DNA of 47,318 nt from Vulcanimicrobiales bacterium (GTDB lineage: Bacteria > Vulcanimicrobiota > Vulcanimicrobiia > Vulcanimicrobiales > Vulcanimicrobiaceae): NCBI GenBank assembly GCA_038231455.1, contig JBBRLI010000022.1, positions 1-47,318 of the forward strand, written 5' to 3'. This document shows positions 34,142 to 44,581 of the stretch, piece by piece. Position 1 is the stretch's first letter. Every line of letters begins with the position of its first letter. A program made the position numbers and the translations under genes. The notes below the pieces were generated by a model. It made no database searches. It saw only the letters and a list, made by a program, of their open reading frames with translations, and was not told the DNA's origin.

Positions 34142-35327
34142 TGAACGCGGATACTTCGGCCGTTTTGGCGGGAAGTTCGTACCGGAAGTCCTGATCGAGG
34201 CGATCGGTCAACTCGAAGTTGCAATGAATGCGGCGTTTGCCGATCCCGCGTTCTGGGCGGAGTACGACGAAATTCTGCGCGACTATGTCGGTCGTCCCTC
34301 GCCGATCTACGCTGCCGGACGTTTGGTCGATGCGACCGCCGCACCGCTCGTATTCAAGCGAGAAGATCTCAACCATACGGGCGCCCACAAAATCAATAAC
34401 ACGGTAGGCCAAGCCTTGCTCGCAAAGCGCATGGGTAAGAAGCGCATCATCGCAGAGACGGGCGCGGGCCAGCACGGCGTCGCGACCGCAACGATCGGCG
34501 CAAAGCTCGGCATTCCGGTCGACGTGTACATGGGCGCGATCGACGTCGAGCGTCAAGCGAGCAACGTTTATGTGATGAAACTCCTCGGCGCCACGGTGCA
34601 TGCCGTCGAGAGCGGGACGCGCACGCTCAAAGATGCCACCAACGAAGCATTTCGCGAATGGGCGGCCCGCGTCGAAGATACGTTCTATATCATCGGCAGT
34701 GTGGTCGGCGCGCATCCCTACCCGTACATGGTGCGCGAACTGCAGAAGGTCATCGGCGTCGAAGCACGCGCTCAGGTACTCGAACGCTATGGACGTTTGC
34801 CGACAGATGTCGTCGCTTGCGTCGGCGGTGGGAGCAACGCGATGGGCATCTTCGCGGGATTCGTCGACGATCCGGACGTGAAGCTGTGGGGAGTCGAAGC
34901 CGCAGGTCACGGCGTCGCATCGATCGATACCGCTGCCTCGCTGAGTGCCGGTACGGTTGGCATCTTGCACGGTTCGCGTTCGTACGTGCTGCAGACCAGC
35001 GAAGGTCAAGTTCGTGACACGCATTCGATCAGCGCCGGCCTCGATTATCCGGGAGTCGGCCCGGAGCACGCGTTTCTCAAGGACAGCGGCCGCGCGAGCT
35101 ACGTCGCAGTCGACGATGATGAGGCGCTCGCCATGTACCACCAAATGGCGCGCACTGAGGGCATCGTACCGGCGCTCGAAACCGCGCACGCGATCGCGTT
35201 CGCGCGTAAGCTCGCGCAGGAACGCGGCCCGAACGGTCTGGTTCTCGTCAACTTGAGCGGGCGTGGCGATAAGGATACGCGTACGGTCGCGGCACTCGAA
35301 GCCGAGCGCGTGCCGGCGCACGCATGA
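34128..35327 (+). CDS. trpB: Tryptophan synthase beta chain
   Basis: [14 protein letters not shown] (PLP Lys), [34 protein letters not shown]. Confidence 0.99.
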   Translation: MQKPDERGYFGRFGGKFVPEVLIEAIGQLEVAMNAAFADPAFWAEYDEILRDYVGRPSPIYAAGRLVDATAAPLVFKREDLNHTGAHKINNTVGQALLAKRMGKKRIIAETGAGQHGVATATIGAKLGIPVDVYMGAIDVERQASNVYVMKLLGATVHAVESGTRTLKDATNEAFREWAARVEDTFYIIGSVVGAHPYPYMVRELQKVIGVEARAQVLERYGRLPTDVVACVGGGSNAMGIFAGFVDDPDVKLWGVEAAGHGVASIDTAASLSAGTVGILHGSRSYVLQTSEGQVRDTHSISAGLDYPGVGPEHAFLKDSGRASYVAVDDDEALAMYHQMARTEGIVPALETAHAIAFARKLAQERGPNGLVLVNLSGRGDKDTRTVAALEAERVPAHA

Positions 35328-36139
35328 TCCCTGCGGACGACAAAATCGCCGCCGTGATCGATCGCTGCCGTGCGGAAAATCGCGCGGCACTGATCATGTA
35401 TTTGGTTGCTGGCGATCCCGATTTGCAGACGACGGCGCTGGTCATCGACGCGATTTCGCGCGCCGGTGCCGACATCATCGAACTCGGCATTCCCTACGGC
35501 GATCCGCTGGCCGACGGACCCACGATCGCCGCTGCTGCCCATCGCGCGCTCGAACACGGGACATCGATCGACGATGCGGTGACGCTTGCGCGCGATGCCC
35601 ACGCCCGCGGTTGCGCGCCGATTCTGTTTTTCACCTACGTCAATCCGATCTCGCAATACGGTCCGGAGAAATTTGCTCGGGTCGCCCGCGAAGCCGGAGC
35701 CCTGGGCGCGATCGTCCCCGACGTGCCGCTGGAAGAAATCGACGAATTCGCGCCGGCGTTGCGTGCTGAAGGCCTGGGACTTCCCCTATTGGTTGCGCCG
35801 ACGACTCCCAACGTCCGCGCCGAGCAGATCGCCAAGCGGAGCGACGGATTCGTCTACGTCGTCTCGCGTTTGGGCGTAACGGGCGCTCGGCGCGAACCGG
35901 ACGTCGCATGGATTTCGGCTGCAATCGAGCGCTTGCGGGACTGCGGCAAGCACCTCGCGGTCGGATTCGGTATCTCGACGCCCGAGCACGTTCGCGCGAT
36001 GGCCGCAATCGCCGACGGCGTCATCGTGGGAAGCGCCTTGATCGACGCAATCGCGGGCAAGAGCGGAACGGACGCAGCGAACGCTGCGTATAGTTACGTA
36101 GCCACACTTCGCCCGGCGCTTCAGCGAGGCGCCGCCTAA
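35324..36139 (+). CDS. trpA: Tryptophan synthase alpha chain
   Basis: [42 protein letters not shown]. Confidence 0.98.
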   Translation: MIPADDKIAAVIDRCRAENRAALIMYLVAGDPDLQTTALVIDAISRAGADIIELGIPYGDPLADGPTIAAAAHRALEHGTSIDDAVTLARDAHARGCAPILFFTYVNPISQYGPEKFARVAREAGALGAIVPDVPLEEIDEFAPALRAEGLGLPLLVAPTTPNVRAEQIAKRSDGFVYVVSRLGVTGARREPDVAWISAAIERLRDCGKHLAVGFGISTPEHVRAMAAIADGVIVGSALIDAIAGKSGTDAANAAYSYVATLRPALQRGAA

Positions 36140-36215
36140 GGGACTGGATAAGGAAGGAAACGCACGTTTTCCATCGCATCCGGTGGACGATTTTTCTTTC
36201 CGGAGGTTCCTACCG

Positions 36216-37448
36216 ATGATCCATCGCCGTTTACCGGCTCTGGGTGCGCTCGCGCTGATCGGCGCGCTCGCACTCCCCGCTCTCCCGACCGCCGCACTTG
36301 CCGACGACAACACGATCGTTTTCGGCGCGGCACTCGCTGCTACCGGGCGCGATGCGCGCGAAGGCGTTCTTACCAAAGAAGGCTACGATTTCTGGAAAGA
36401 TTACATCAACGCGCACGGCGGCATCAAAGTCGGCGGCAAGACGTATAAAGTCGACATCAAGTACGCCGATGACGAAACGAACCCGCAAACCGCCGCGCGT
36501 CTGATCGAGAAATTTATCGCGCAAGATCATGTGAACTTCATCCTCGGGCCGTACGGCTCGGCGGCGTCGGCGTCGGCAGCTTCGGTTGTCGAACGTCTCA
36601 AAGTTCCGATGGTCGAAGGCAACGGCTCGGCCGAGAAGATCTTTAGTCAGGGTTTCAAATACACGTTTGCCGTGCTCTCGCCCGCACGCCGTTACCTCGA
36701 AGGCATCATCGAACTCGCGCTCCATGAAAAAGTGAAGCCGAAGACCGTTGCCGTCGTCTCGGCGAACGACGCGTTCTCGATCGAAGTCGCCCAAGGAGCC
36801 TCGGAATACGCCGCGGCCCACGGCCTCAAAGTGGTCTACGACAATAAGTATCCCGCGACGACGACCGACGTCTCGGGCGTCGTAAGTGCGATCAAGGCGG
36901 CGAACCCGGATCTGATTCTGAACGGCGGCCATCTGCAAGATGCGCTGCTGCTGCAAAAAGGCTTCAAAGAACAAAACGTCAACGCCAAAGCGTTTGGATA
37001 TTCGGTCGGTCCGGATACACCGGACTTCCGAAAGACGCTCGGCAAAGACGCCGACTACGTTTACGGCGGAACGCAGTGGTCGCCCACGGCAAAGTACAAG
37101 GGCGCAGCCGGTTTCATTACGGATTCCAAAGTCTATGCGGCGGAATTCGAGAAGAAGTACGGTCACGTTCCGGATTACCACAACGCCGAATCGTCGGCGA
37201 CGTGCATGGCGTTCCAGTATGCCATTCAAAAAGCCGGCTCGCTCGATCCGCAGAAAGTGCGCGATGCGCTCGCAAGCCTCGATGTGCTGACGTTCTACGG
37301 GATCCTGAAATTCGATTCGCGCGGCATCAACGTGTACAAGCCGATGGCCGTGAATCAAATCCAAAAAGGCGAACTCAAGACTGTTTGGCCCACCGGCGTT
37401 CAGAATGCGAAGCCGATGTATCCCACGCCCGACTGGTCGAAACGCTAA
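36216..37448 (+). CDS. Branched-chain amino acid (HAAT) ABC transporter substrate-binding protein
   Basis: Signal peptide ending ALA, GGAGG RBS, INAHGGI, FILGPYGS motifs; precedes livHMGF homologues. Confidence 0.92.
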   Translation: MIHRRLPALGALALIGALALPALPTAALADDNTIVFGAALAATGRDAREGVLTKEGYDFWKDYINAHGGIKVGGKTYKVDIKYADDETNPQTAARLIEKFIAQDHVNFILGPYGSAASASAASVVERLKVPMVEGNGSAEKIFSQGFKYTFAVLSPARRYLEGIIELALHEKVKPKTVAVVSANDAFSIEVAQGASEYAAAHGLKVVYDNKYPATTTDVSGVVSAIKAANPDLILNGGHLQDALLLQKGFKEQNVNAKAFGYSVGPDTPDFRKTLGKDADYVYGGTQWSPTAKYKGAAGFITDSKVYAAEFEKKYGHVPDYHNAESSATCMAFQYAIQKAGSLDPQKVRDALASLDVLTFYGILKFDSRGINVYKPMAVNQIQKGELKTVWPTGVQNAKPMYPTPDWSKR

Positions 37449-37458
37449 TATGAGTTTT

Positions 37459-37475
37459 CCCGGCCTTAGGCCGGG
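37459..37475 (+). promoter_or_regulatory. Intra-operon stem-loop after the binding-protein gene
   Basis: CCCGGCC-TTA-GGCCGGG without a U-tract. Confidence 0.5.
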
Positions 37476-37510
37476 TTAACACCCTTACTACCGGCAAGGA
37501 TTTCTTCTTC

Positions 37511-38377
37511 TTGGATCTTTTCTTTCAGATACTTGTGAACGGAATTCTTGCCGGCGGTATCTTTGCGGTCGTTGCCCTGGGATTTAGTTTGGTCTGGGGC
37601 ATCATGAACATCATCAATTTGGCGCACGGGTCATTCCTGATGCTGGGCGCCTATGTTGCCTACGCGCTTTTTGCAAACTATCACGTGGACCCGTTCTTGA
37701 GCATCCCCGTCGCCTTCATCGTCATGTTCGTCTTCGGGTATCTGGTTCAAAAGTACATCATCAATTTTGTCGTGCGCGCGCCGATCCTGACGACGTTTTT
37801 GTTGACCTTCGGCCTCTCGTTGCTCTTGATCAACGCGGCGCTCCTCGTCTTCCACGGGGATATCAAGGGGATCGCGACCTCGTACAGCGGCGCCAACTTC
37901 TCGCTCGGAGCCGTCGTCGTTCCGTGGGTGAAGCTCTGGACGCTCGTCGCCGCTCTCGTCATCACCGCGCTCATGCAGCTTTTTCTCACCGGGACGAAAA
38001 CCGGCCGAGCCATTCGCGCAACGTCGATGGATATCGGAGCCGCGCAGCTCTCGGGCGTCCGCGTCGCGCACCTGTATGCGATCGTTTTTGGACTCGGCAG
38101 CGGCCTTGCCGGTGCGGCCGGCGTGCTCGTCTCGCTGTCCTATAGCTTGCAGCCCTCGATGGGCGAGCCGTTCTTGATCAAAGCGTTCGTCGTGTGCGTG
38201 CTCGGAGGTCTCGGCAGCGTGCAAGGCGCGCTCGTCGGCGGAGTTCTCTACGGTATCCTCGAGGCGTTCGGTTCGCAGTACATCGGGACGGGCTTGCAAG
38301 ACGCCGTCGCACTCGTCGTGCTGCTCATCGTGCTGATCGTTCGCCCGACGGGCATCATGGGCAAGGCGACTGCCTGA
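37511..38377 (+). CDS. livH: HAAT ABC transporter permease
   Basis: ALGFSLVWGIMNIINLAHG, TKTGRAIRA, VLGGLGS. Confidence 0.9.
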   Translation: MDLFFQILVNGILAGGIFAVVALGFSLVWGIMNIINLAHGSFLMLGAYVAYALFANYHVDPFLSIPVAFIVMFVFGYLVQKYIINFVVRAPILTTFLLTFGLSLLLINAALLVFHGDIKGIATSYSGANFSLGAVVVPWVKLWTLVAALVITALMQLFLTGTKTGRAIRATSMDIGAAQLSGVRVAHLYAIVFGLGSGLAGAAGVLVSLSYSLQPSMGEPFLIKAFVVCVLGGLGSVQGALVGGVLYGILEAFGSQYIGTGLQDAVALVVLLIVLIVRPTGIMGKATA

Positions 38378-39378
38378 TGGCCTCGACATCGACGGTCAAG
38401 GTTCTTCAAAAAGTCGGCATGGGCGGCATCACCGGTAATCGCTATGCGATTTATGTTTCGTGCGCGGTGCTCGCCGTTCTGCTCGTCGTGCCCTCGCTGC
38501 ATAACGGATATATCGAAAATCTCATGCGCGGCGTTCTGATGTTCGCAACGCTGAGCCTCGGTTGGAACCTCATCGGCGGCTACACCGGTTACGTAAGTTT
38601 TGGTAACGTCGTCTTCTTCGGAGTCGGCGCGACGACGAGCGCCGTGCTGTGGCAACACTTCCAGCAACAAAATATTCTGCTCGCGATCGTCGTCGCGGCA
38701 TTCGTCGCGGCGCTCATGGCGCTGGTGCTTGGCTTTCCGATCTTGCGTCTGAAGGGCCACTACTTCGGGATCGCAACGCTCGGCATCGCGCTTGCCACGC
38801 AGGAGATTATCGCGAACATCGACTGGCTCGGCGGCGGCAGCGTCACCTCGATCCGTCAAGTCGATTTTTTCAGTTCGTATTACTACGCGATGTGGGCGAT
38901 TTGTGCGCTGAGCCTCGGTGCGACGTGGTTCATCGCTCGCTCGAAATTCGGGTACGCGCTCGTCGCCATTCGCGAGAACGAGGAAGCCGCGGCAATTCTC
39001 GGCGTCGATGCGACGAAGTACAAAGTGTTCGCCTGGATGATCAGCGCCATGATGGCGGCGGCCGCCGGCGCGGTCTTTGCCGGCGCCAACGGGTCGATCG
39101 ATTCGCCGACGGCGTTTGCGGTTGACAACAACGTCTTTCCGATCGTCATGGCGATCCTCGGCGGCGTCGGCACGGTCGCCGGTCCGCTGGTCGGTGCATT
39201 CGTTCTCACGGCGATCAACGAGACGCTCTGGAGCCGCTTTCCCGAGATTCACACGCTGTTCTTCGGCGCGGTCATCGTGATCGTCGTGTTGTTCCTACCG
39301 CGCGGAATTCTCTGGCTGTTCGCGGTGCGCGGCGGCTTTCGCGGTTTCGTGAATTCGCTTAAGGCCTATCGCGTATGA
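38377..39378 (+). CDS. livM: HAAT ABC transporter permease
   Basis: WNLIGGYTGYVSFG, LRLKGHYF.IAT, AIRENEEAA, LGGVGT..GP. Confidence 0.9.
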   Translation: MASTSTVKVLQKVGMGGITGNRYAIYVSCAVLAVLLVVPSLHNGYIENLMRGVLMFATLSLGWNLIGGYTGYVSFGNVVFFGVGATTSAVLWQHFQQQNILLAIVVAAFVAALMALVLGFPILRLKGHYFGIATLGIALATQEIIANIDWLGGGSVTSIRQVDFFSSYYYAMWAICALSLGATWFIARSKFGYALVAIRENEEAAAILGVDATKYKVFAWMISAMMAAAAGAVFAGANGSIDSPTAFAVDNNVFPIVMAILGGVGTVAGPLVGAFVLTAINETLWSRFPEIHTLFFGAVIVIVVLFLPRGILWLFAVRGGFRGFVNSLKAYRV

Positions 39379-40181
39379 GTTTCTTACAAGTCGAAGGCGT
39401 CGGGATGCGATTCGGCGGCCTCCAGGCCCTCGATAACGTCACGTTCGATGTTGAGAAAGGCGCCGTGCTCGGGCTCATCGGTCCCAATGGCAGCGGCAAG
39501 ACGACCATGATGAACGTCATCTCCGGCGTCTACAAACCGAGCGCCGGGCGCGTGCGCTTTGCCGATAAAACGATCGCCGATGTTCCGACGCATAACGTCT
39601 GCAAACTCGGCATCGCGCGAACGTTTCAAATCGTCAAGCCGTTCGCCAGTCTGACGGTCCGTGAGAATGTCGCCGTCGGCGCGATGTACGGGCGCGAGGG
39701 CGGCAAACGCTCGACGAAGGGCTCGTTCGAACGTTCGCAAGAGCTGCTCGAGATCGTAGGCCTTGCGCGTGTGGGCGATAAAGCCGCAAGCGATCTCACG
39801 ATTCCCGATCGCAAGCGGTTGGAAGTCGCAAAAGCCCTCGCGCTCGATCCGGACGTGTTACTGCTCGACGAAGTGATGGCCGGCCTTAACGCAACCGAAG
39901 TCGATGAGGCGATCGACTTGATCCGCACCGTCAACGGCCGCGGCGTTACGCTAATCATCGTCGAGCATTTGATGAAAGCGATCATGTCCGTCTGTACCTC
40001 CGTCGTCGTACTCGCCGAAGGGCGCAAGATTGCCGAAGGGCTGCCGCACGTGGTCGTTCAGTCACCGGAAGTGATCAAAGCGTACCTGGGGTCGCGCTTT
40101 GCCGAACGGCAGGCGCAACTCGAAGAGATCAAGCGCGAAGCCGATCTCGCACGTCAAGTCGAACCGGGAGCGCACGCGTGA
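39375..40181 (+). CDS. livG: HAAT ABC transporter ATP-binding protein
   Basis: FGGLQAL, GPNGSGKTT, GIARTFQ, LLLDE, VEH, AYLG. Confidence 0.92.
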   Translation: MSFLQVEGVGMRFGGLQALDNVTFDVEKGAVLGLIGPNGSGKTTMMNVISGVYKPSAGRVRFADKTIADVPTHNVCKLGIARTFQIVKPFASLTVRENVAVGAMYGREGGKRSTKGSFERSQELLEIVGLARVGDKAASDLTIPDRKRLEVAKALALDPDVLLLDEVMAGLNATEVDEAIDLIRTVNGRGVTLIIVEHLMKAIMSVCTSVVVLAEGRKIAEGLPHVVVQSPEVIKAYLGSRFAERQAQLEEIKREADLARQVEPGAHA

Positions 40182-40897
40182 TCGCGACGAGCCAAACCCT
40201 CGCAATCGAAAATCTCAGCGCCGGATACGGTGAGACGCAAGTCCTGTGGGACGTCTCGATGCGCATCGAACCGGGCGAGACCGTTGCGCTCATCGGTTCG
40301 AACGGCGCCGGAAAATCATCGCTCCTAGCGGCAATCAGCGGGTTGATCCGCGTCTCGAGCGGCCACGTTCGTTTTGGCGATGCAGACCTCACGAATCTCG
40401 CACCCGATCGCATCGTGAGCGCGGGCGTCGTCCAGGTGCCGCAAGGCCGTCGCCTCTTCAACTCGCTGAGCGTTGAGGAGAATCTCCTTATGGGCGCGTT
40501 CTTGCGCAAGGACAAAGAAGTCAAGAGCGACGTCGAGCGGATCCTCAACCTCTTGCCGCGCATTCGCGAACGGTACGATTTCCTCGCCGGTCGACTTTCG
40601 GGAGGCGAACAGCAGCAAGTCGCAATCGCCCGGGCGCTTATGGCGCGCCCGAAGATGCTGCTGATCGACGAGATGTCGCTCGGCCTTGCGCCAGTGCTCG
40701 TCGATCAGCTGCTCGAGATTCTCAAAGCCATCCACGATTCCGGTGTCGCGATCATGATGGTCGAACAAGACGTGCAGACGGCACTTGAATTCTCCACACG
40801 CGCCTACGTTCTGGAGACGGGCCGCGTGACGATCTCCGGTCCATCGGCCGAACTCCTTGACGATCCGGAAGTGAAAAAGGCCTACCTCGGCGTCTAA
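40178..40897 (+). CDS. livF: HAAT ABC transporter ATP-binding protein
   Basis: GSNGAGKSS, LSGGEQQ, DEMSLGLAP, VEQ, AYLG. Confidence 0.92.
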   Translation: MIATSQTLAIENLSAGYGETQVLWDVSMRIEPGETVALIGSNGAGKSSLLAAISGLIRVSSGHVRFGDADLTNLAPDRIVSAGVVQVPQGRRLFNSLSVEENLLMGAFLRKDKEVKSDVERILNLLPRIRERYDFLAGRLSGGEQQQVAIARALMARPKMLLIDEMSLGLAPVLVDQLLEILKAIHDSGVAIMMVEQDVQTALEFSTRAYVLETGRVTISGPSAELLDDPEVKKAYLGV

Positions 40898-40903
40898 GAG
40901 TTG

Positions 40904-41647
40904 ATGAGCAAAGTAATTTTAATCACCGGCGGATCCGGCGGCATCGGTTCCGAAGTTGCCCGCCGCGCGATCGCAAACGGGGACCGCGCGGTTATCGTCG
41001 CGCGCGATAAGGAACGCCTCGAAGGCGTCGCAGAAGCCATCGGAGCGGTGGCGTATCCGTGCGACGTTTTGGATCTTCCCGCCATGACGGAAACGGTGAA
41101 GAAGATCGAGGCGGAAGTCGGCGAGATCGACGGCGTCGTTCACGCGGTGGGCAGCATCGTTCTGCGTCCGCTGCATGCCCTCTCGATCGAGGACTGGCGT
41201 GCCACACTGGAGATTAACGCAACGAGCGCATTCGTCGTTTTGAAATCGACCGTTACGACGATGATGCGCCGCCGCCGCGGGAGCTTTGTCTTTTTCTCGA
41301 CCGTGGCAACGTCGATGGGCCTGACCAATCACGAAGCAATCTCGGCTGCGAAATCCGCTGTCGAAGGCTTGGTGAAGACCGCCGCAATTTCGTACGCACG
41401 TTACGGGCTTCGCTTCAACGCCGTGGCGCCCGCTCTAACGCGAACCGAGATGTCGAAGAATCTTTGGTCGAACGAGACGATGCTTAACGCATCGATTGCC
41501 ATGCACCCGCTCGGCCGTATCGGCGAGGTCGCCGATATCGGCGGTGCGGTGATGTATTTTCTCTCCGATGAATCCGGTTGGACGACGGGACAGATTCTCG
41601 GCGTCGACGGTGGTCTTGGGACAGGTATGCCGGCGCCGAAAATCTGA
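40904..41647 (+). CDS. Short-chain dehydrogenase/reductase
   Basis: TGGSGGIG, NAVAP, HPLGRIG, TGQILGVDGG; the YxxxK position reads ISAAK. Confidence 0.92.
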   Translation: MSKVILITGGSGGIGSEVARRAIANGDRAVIVARDKERLEGVAEAIGAVAYPCDVLDLPAMTETVKKIEAEVGEIDGVVHAVGSIVLRPLHALSIEDWRATLEINATSAFVVLKSTVTTMMRRRRGSFVFFSTVATSMGLTNHEAISAAKSAVEGLVKTAAISYARYGLRFNAVAPALTRTEMSKNLWSNETMLNASIAMHPLGRIGEVADIGGAVMYFLSDESGWTTGQILGVDGGLGTGMPAPKI

Positions 41648-41658
41648 ACGGCTAACGC

Positions 41659-42882
41659 TTAGATCGAGGCCGCTACGCGCCGCAGATCGAACCGATGTTC
41701 GGCATCATCGGCGATATATTTGCCGATGGCGAGCGACGATGTCGCCGCGGGTGATGGCGCGTTGCGAACGTGAACGATACCCTCGGATCCTTCGAAGACA
41801 AAGTCGTCGACTAAGTTGCCGTCGATCGACATGGCTTGCGCGCGAACGCCCGCCGGTCCCGGCAAACAATCTTCCGGTTGCAATTCCGGAATGTAGCGCT
41901 GCAAGGCGCGCACGTATGCGCTACGGACCAAGTCGCGATACATTTCGCCCGCTCCGATCTTCCAATACTTTGTGGCGAGTTTGATGAAACCGGGATAGGT
42001 GATCGCATCCCAGAGTTCGCTTGGGTTGATTGTGAAGAACGAGTAGCCTTCGCGCGCGAATGCCAGCACCGCGTTTGGGCCGAGCCAGATCGAACCGTCC
42101 ATACGCGGCGTAAAGTGAACGCCCAAAAACGGAAATTCCGGATCCGGAACGGGATAAATGTTCCCGCGAACGAGATGTGATTTTTCCGGTTTGAGAATCA
42201 AATAATCGCCGCGAAACGGAACGATCTTCGGGTCGGCCTGGCCGCCGGTCATCTTGCCGAGTTTATCGGAATACAATCCGCCGCACGTGATGACGGCGCG
42301 CGCTTCGACATCGCCGCTGGGCGAGCGAAGAACGGTCACACCGTTGCGGCGCTCGATGCTTGTGACCTCGCGGCCAAGAAACAGGTCGCCGTCCATCGCC
42401 TTCACGTCATCACCGTAGGTCTTCGAGACAAGACCCCAGTCGACGATTCCGGTGAGGGGTGAGACAATAGCTTTGATGCCGCGACACGACGGTTCGCGTT
42501 CTTGGATGCCGTTTGCATCGAGCATCTCGAGTCCGTCGATGCCGTTTTGGTGGCCGCGCGCCCACAGATCGTCCAGACGACCGAGTTCGCTTTCTTCGGT
42601 CGCGACAATGAGCTTCCCAACTTGTTTGTACGGGATGCCCTTCGCGCTACAGAAGTCCCACGCAAGCTTGCGGCCTTCGACGCACAACTGCGCCTTGAGC
42701 GATCCCGGCTTATAATAGATGCCGGAATGAATCACGCCCGAATTGCGGCCGGTCTGGTGTTTATTCCAGTCGGTCTCTTTTTCGACGTTCGCAAGCTTCA
42801 GATGCGGGAAGCGCTGCATGAGCTCGCGCGATGTCGCAAGGCCGACGATGCCTCCGCCGACGACGGCAATATCGTAGATCAT
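41659..42882 (-). CDS. lhgO: L-2-hydroxyglutarate oxidase
   Basis: VVGGGIVG, HQTGRNSGVIHSGIYYKPGSLKA, IYPVPDP.FPFLGVHFT, AGVRAQA, NAPSPAATSSL. Confidence 0.93.
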   Translation of the reverse strand: MIYDIAVVGGGIVGLATSRELMQRFPHLKLANVEKETDWNKHQTGRNSGVIHSGIYYKPGSLKAQLCVEGRKLAWDFCSAKGIPYKQVGKLIVATEESELGRLDDLWARGHQNGIDGLEMLDANGIQEREPSCRGIKAIVSPLTGIVDWGLVSKTYGDDVKAMDGDLFLGREVTSIERRNGVTVLRSPSGDVEARAVITCGGLYSDKLGKMTGGQADPKIVPFRGDYLILKPEKSHLVRGNIYPVPDPEFPFLGVHFTPRMDGSIWLGPNAVLAFAREGYSFFTINPSELWDAITYPGFIKLATKYWKIGAGEMYRDLVRSAYVRALQRYIPELQPEDCLPGPAGVRAQAMSIDGNLVDDFVFEGSEGIVHVRNAPSPAATSSLAIGKYIADDAEHRFDLRRVAASI

Positions 42883-42938
42883 AGCCAGAGCTCTTCTCGA
42901 CGAAATTGCCACCGTCCGCTCGGGACGTCGGGGTTGGC

Positions 42939-44396
42939 TTACGCGACGGCGCTAAACGCGCTCGCGGGAGTATCGAACACGACCGTACGGATCGTTTCGT
43001 GGAATCGGGCGACCGTGAATCGCTCATCGGTCGAAAACGACGAGACGTCATCGCGACTGGTCACGGAGACGCCGTTGGATGAGGTGCTATGACCGCGGTA
43101 GTCGGCTTCCGTTGCTTGGACGGATTCCGTGTGCGCGACCGACGCGCGGTCGATCGTCTGAACGACTCCGGCTGCGGTCTTTGCGGTGGAACTCGTGGTG
43201 AGAACGGCCGCGTCGGTCTGAGAGAAACGAACCGTTTCTCCGCTCACGCTGCGGCTACTGTTGGTATCGACGCCGTTTGCGCCGTCGGTGTGTGAGACCG
43301 TCTTGGACGTGAAGTCGGTGATGCTCCCCCGCGCCTCAGCGATCGTATCGAGCGTCGTACCCGGTGCGAGCTTCGATACGTTATCCGTCCGCACGCCGGC
43401 GGCGATCGTATCGCTTGCGCTATCGGTCGCGCTCGTCGTTACGGTCGTGTTGCCGTCGTGATCGGGTTTCTGCGCTTTTGCTTTGTCGATGTCGACTTGG
43501 CGGCTGAATCGATCGGTCGAAACCGTTTTACGATCGTCGACCGATGCGACATCCTCGGTGATATCGATGAAGCGAACGGTGGTTTTGCCGTTCGAGGTCG
43601 TCGATGAGAGGATGCCTTCGAACGTGCGCTCGGAATTGCTGACGCTTACGGCATCCGACACGGATGTCGTCGTACCGGTCACCGAATAGTCGCCGTTCTT
43701 TTTGCGATCGACATCGCTTGTCGTCACGCTCGCTGCCGTCGTCGATGAAGCGTAGTGCGTTTCATTCGATCCGACGCCGATTTCTTTGAACGTGACGGTT
43801 TTGCCGTTTTGCGTGACCGTGCCGTCTTTGGAGACTACGAAATCGTCGCTTGCGGCGCCGACGGTTTGCGAGGCCGACGCCGTAACCGTTGTTTTTTCAT
43901 CGCCGTTTCCGGTGGTTTTGCTCACGCTCTCACCGTCGCGCACGTACGCATTGGTCGTTGCATCCGTACGATCGGTGTTCACATCGATAACCGTCGGGCT
44001 TCCGCCGTTGACGCTCTTCGTGATCACCGCATGTTTGTCGGTATCCGAAACACCGACGCTCGAACCGACGGTTTGACTCGTCGCGATGACCGTGCCGTTC
44101 GGTCCGGCGACATGCGTGCCGGTGGTCCTGCTCGTCGCAAGCGACGCGCTGGTCTGGTGGATTTGAATTTTCGCATCGTACGCAACGTCGGTGACTTTGC
44201 CGTTGCCGTTTGCGTAGAGCGTATTTCCGTTTGCGTCCGTGTAGCTGTCGCGATCGGTTTTGGTCGCGGTGACGTCGCCGTTTTTGGTAGAGGTCGACGT
44301 CGAAATCGCCTTGCTCTCTTCGTGGGAGAAGCTCAGCGACGCAAATTCGCTGCCGTGCTTCCCAAACGCAAAGGCGCCGAGGTGATTGATTGCCAT
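42939..44396 (-). CDS. Thr/Ser/Asp-rich hypothetical protein (about 485 aa)
   Basis: Long ORF; ATG 44396 preceded by AAGG; no Cys or Trp; repeated NG/DG turns between Thr/Val-rich stretches. Confidence 0.75.
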   Translation of the reverse strand: MAINHLGAFAFGKHGSEFASLSFSHEESKAISTSTSTKNGDVTATKTDRDSYTDANGNTLYANGNGKVTDVAYDAKIQIHQTSASLATSRTTGTHVAGPNGTVIATSQTVGSSVGVSDTDKHAVITKSVNGGSPTVIDVNTDRTDATTNAYVRDGESVSKTTGNGDEKTTVTASASQTVGAASDDFVVSKDGTVTQNGKTVTFKEIGVGSNETHYASSTTAASVTTSDVDRKKNGDYSVTGTTTSVSDAVSVSNSERTFEGILSSTTSNGKTTVRFIDITEDVASVDDRKTVSTDRFSRQVDIDKAKAQKPDHDGNTTVTTSATDSASDTIAAGVRTDNVSKLAPGTTLDTIAEARGSITDFTSKTVSHTDGANGVDTNSSRSVSGETVRFSQTDAAVLTTSSTAKTAAGVVQTIDRASVAHTESVQATEADYRGHSTSSNGVSVTSRDDVSSFSTDERFTVARFHETIRTVVFDTPASAFSAVA

Positions 44397-44470
44397 CCTT
44401 GAGTCTATCCTAGCGGTCCTAACGCGGACCAGGGGCGTGGGCGACACGCCTGCTTCCTCGCCTAAGACAG

Positions 44471-44498
44471 CTATCGGCAGTTGTGGGATCAATCACTA
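44471..44498 (-). promoter_or_regulatory. sigma28/FliA-like promoter
   Basis: Minus strand TAGT-N16-GCCGATAG, about 75 nt upstream of ATG 44396. Confidence 0.5.
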
Positions 44499-44581
44499 GT
44501 GGATTGTTGCGCGTATCACGTGACTTTTTTCAAATTCTCAGGGAGCAGGTTTTTCATGCGGACATCCCTGAGTGAGGGTCT

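Noticed and set aside
37503-37514. Reverse-complement 12-nt match (CCAAGAAGAAGA) to the rpsM repeat core
   Set aside because: Short, low-complexity, inverted and at the livH start inside an operon; probably chance.
33957-39252. Long antisense ORFs (33957-35390, 36231-37364, 38248-39252)
   Set aside because: Typical shadow ORFs opposite well-conserved genes in GC-rich DNA.
44482-44497. CRP/FNR-like site TGTGG-N6-TCACT between the orphan and pruA
   Set aside because: Two mismatches to consensus and it overlaps the sigma28-like spacer; not distinguishable from chance.
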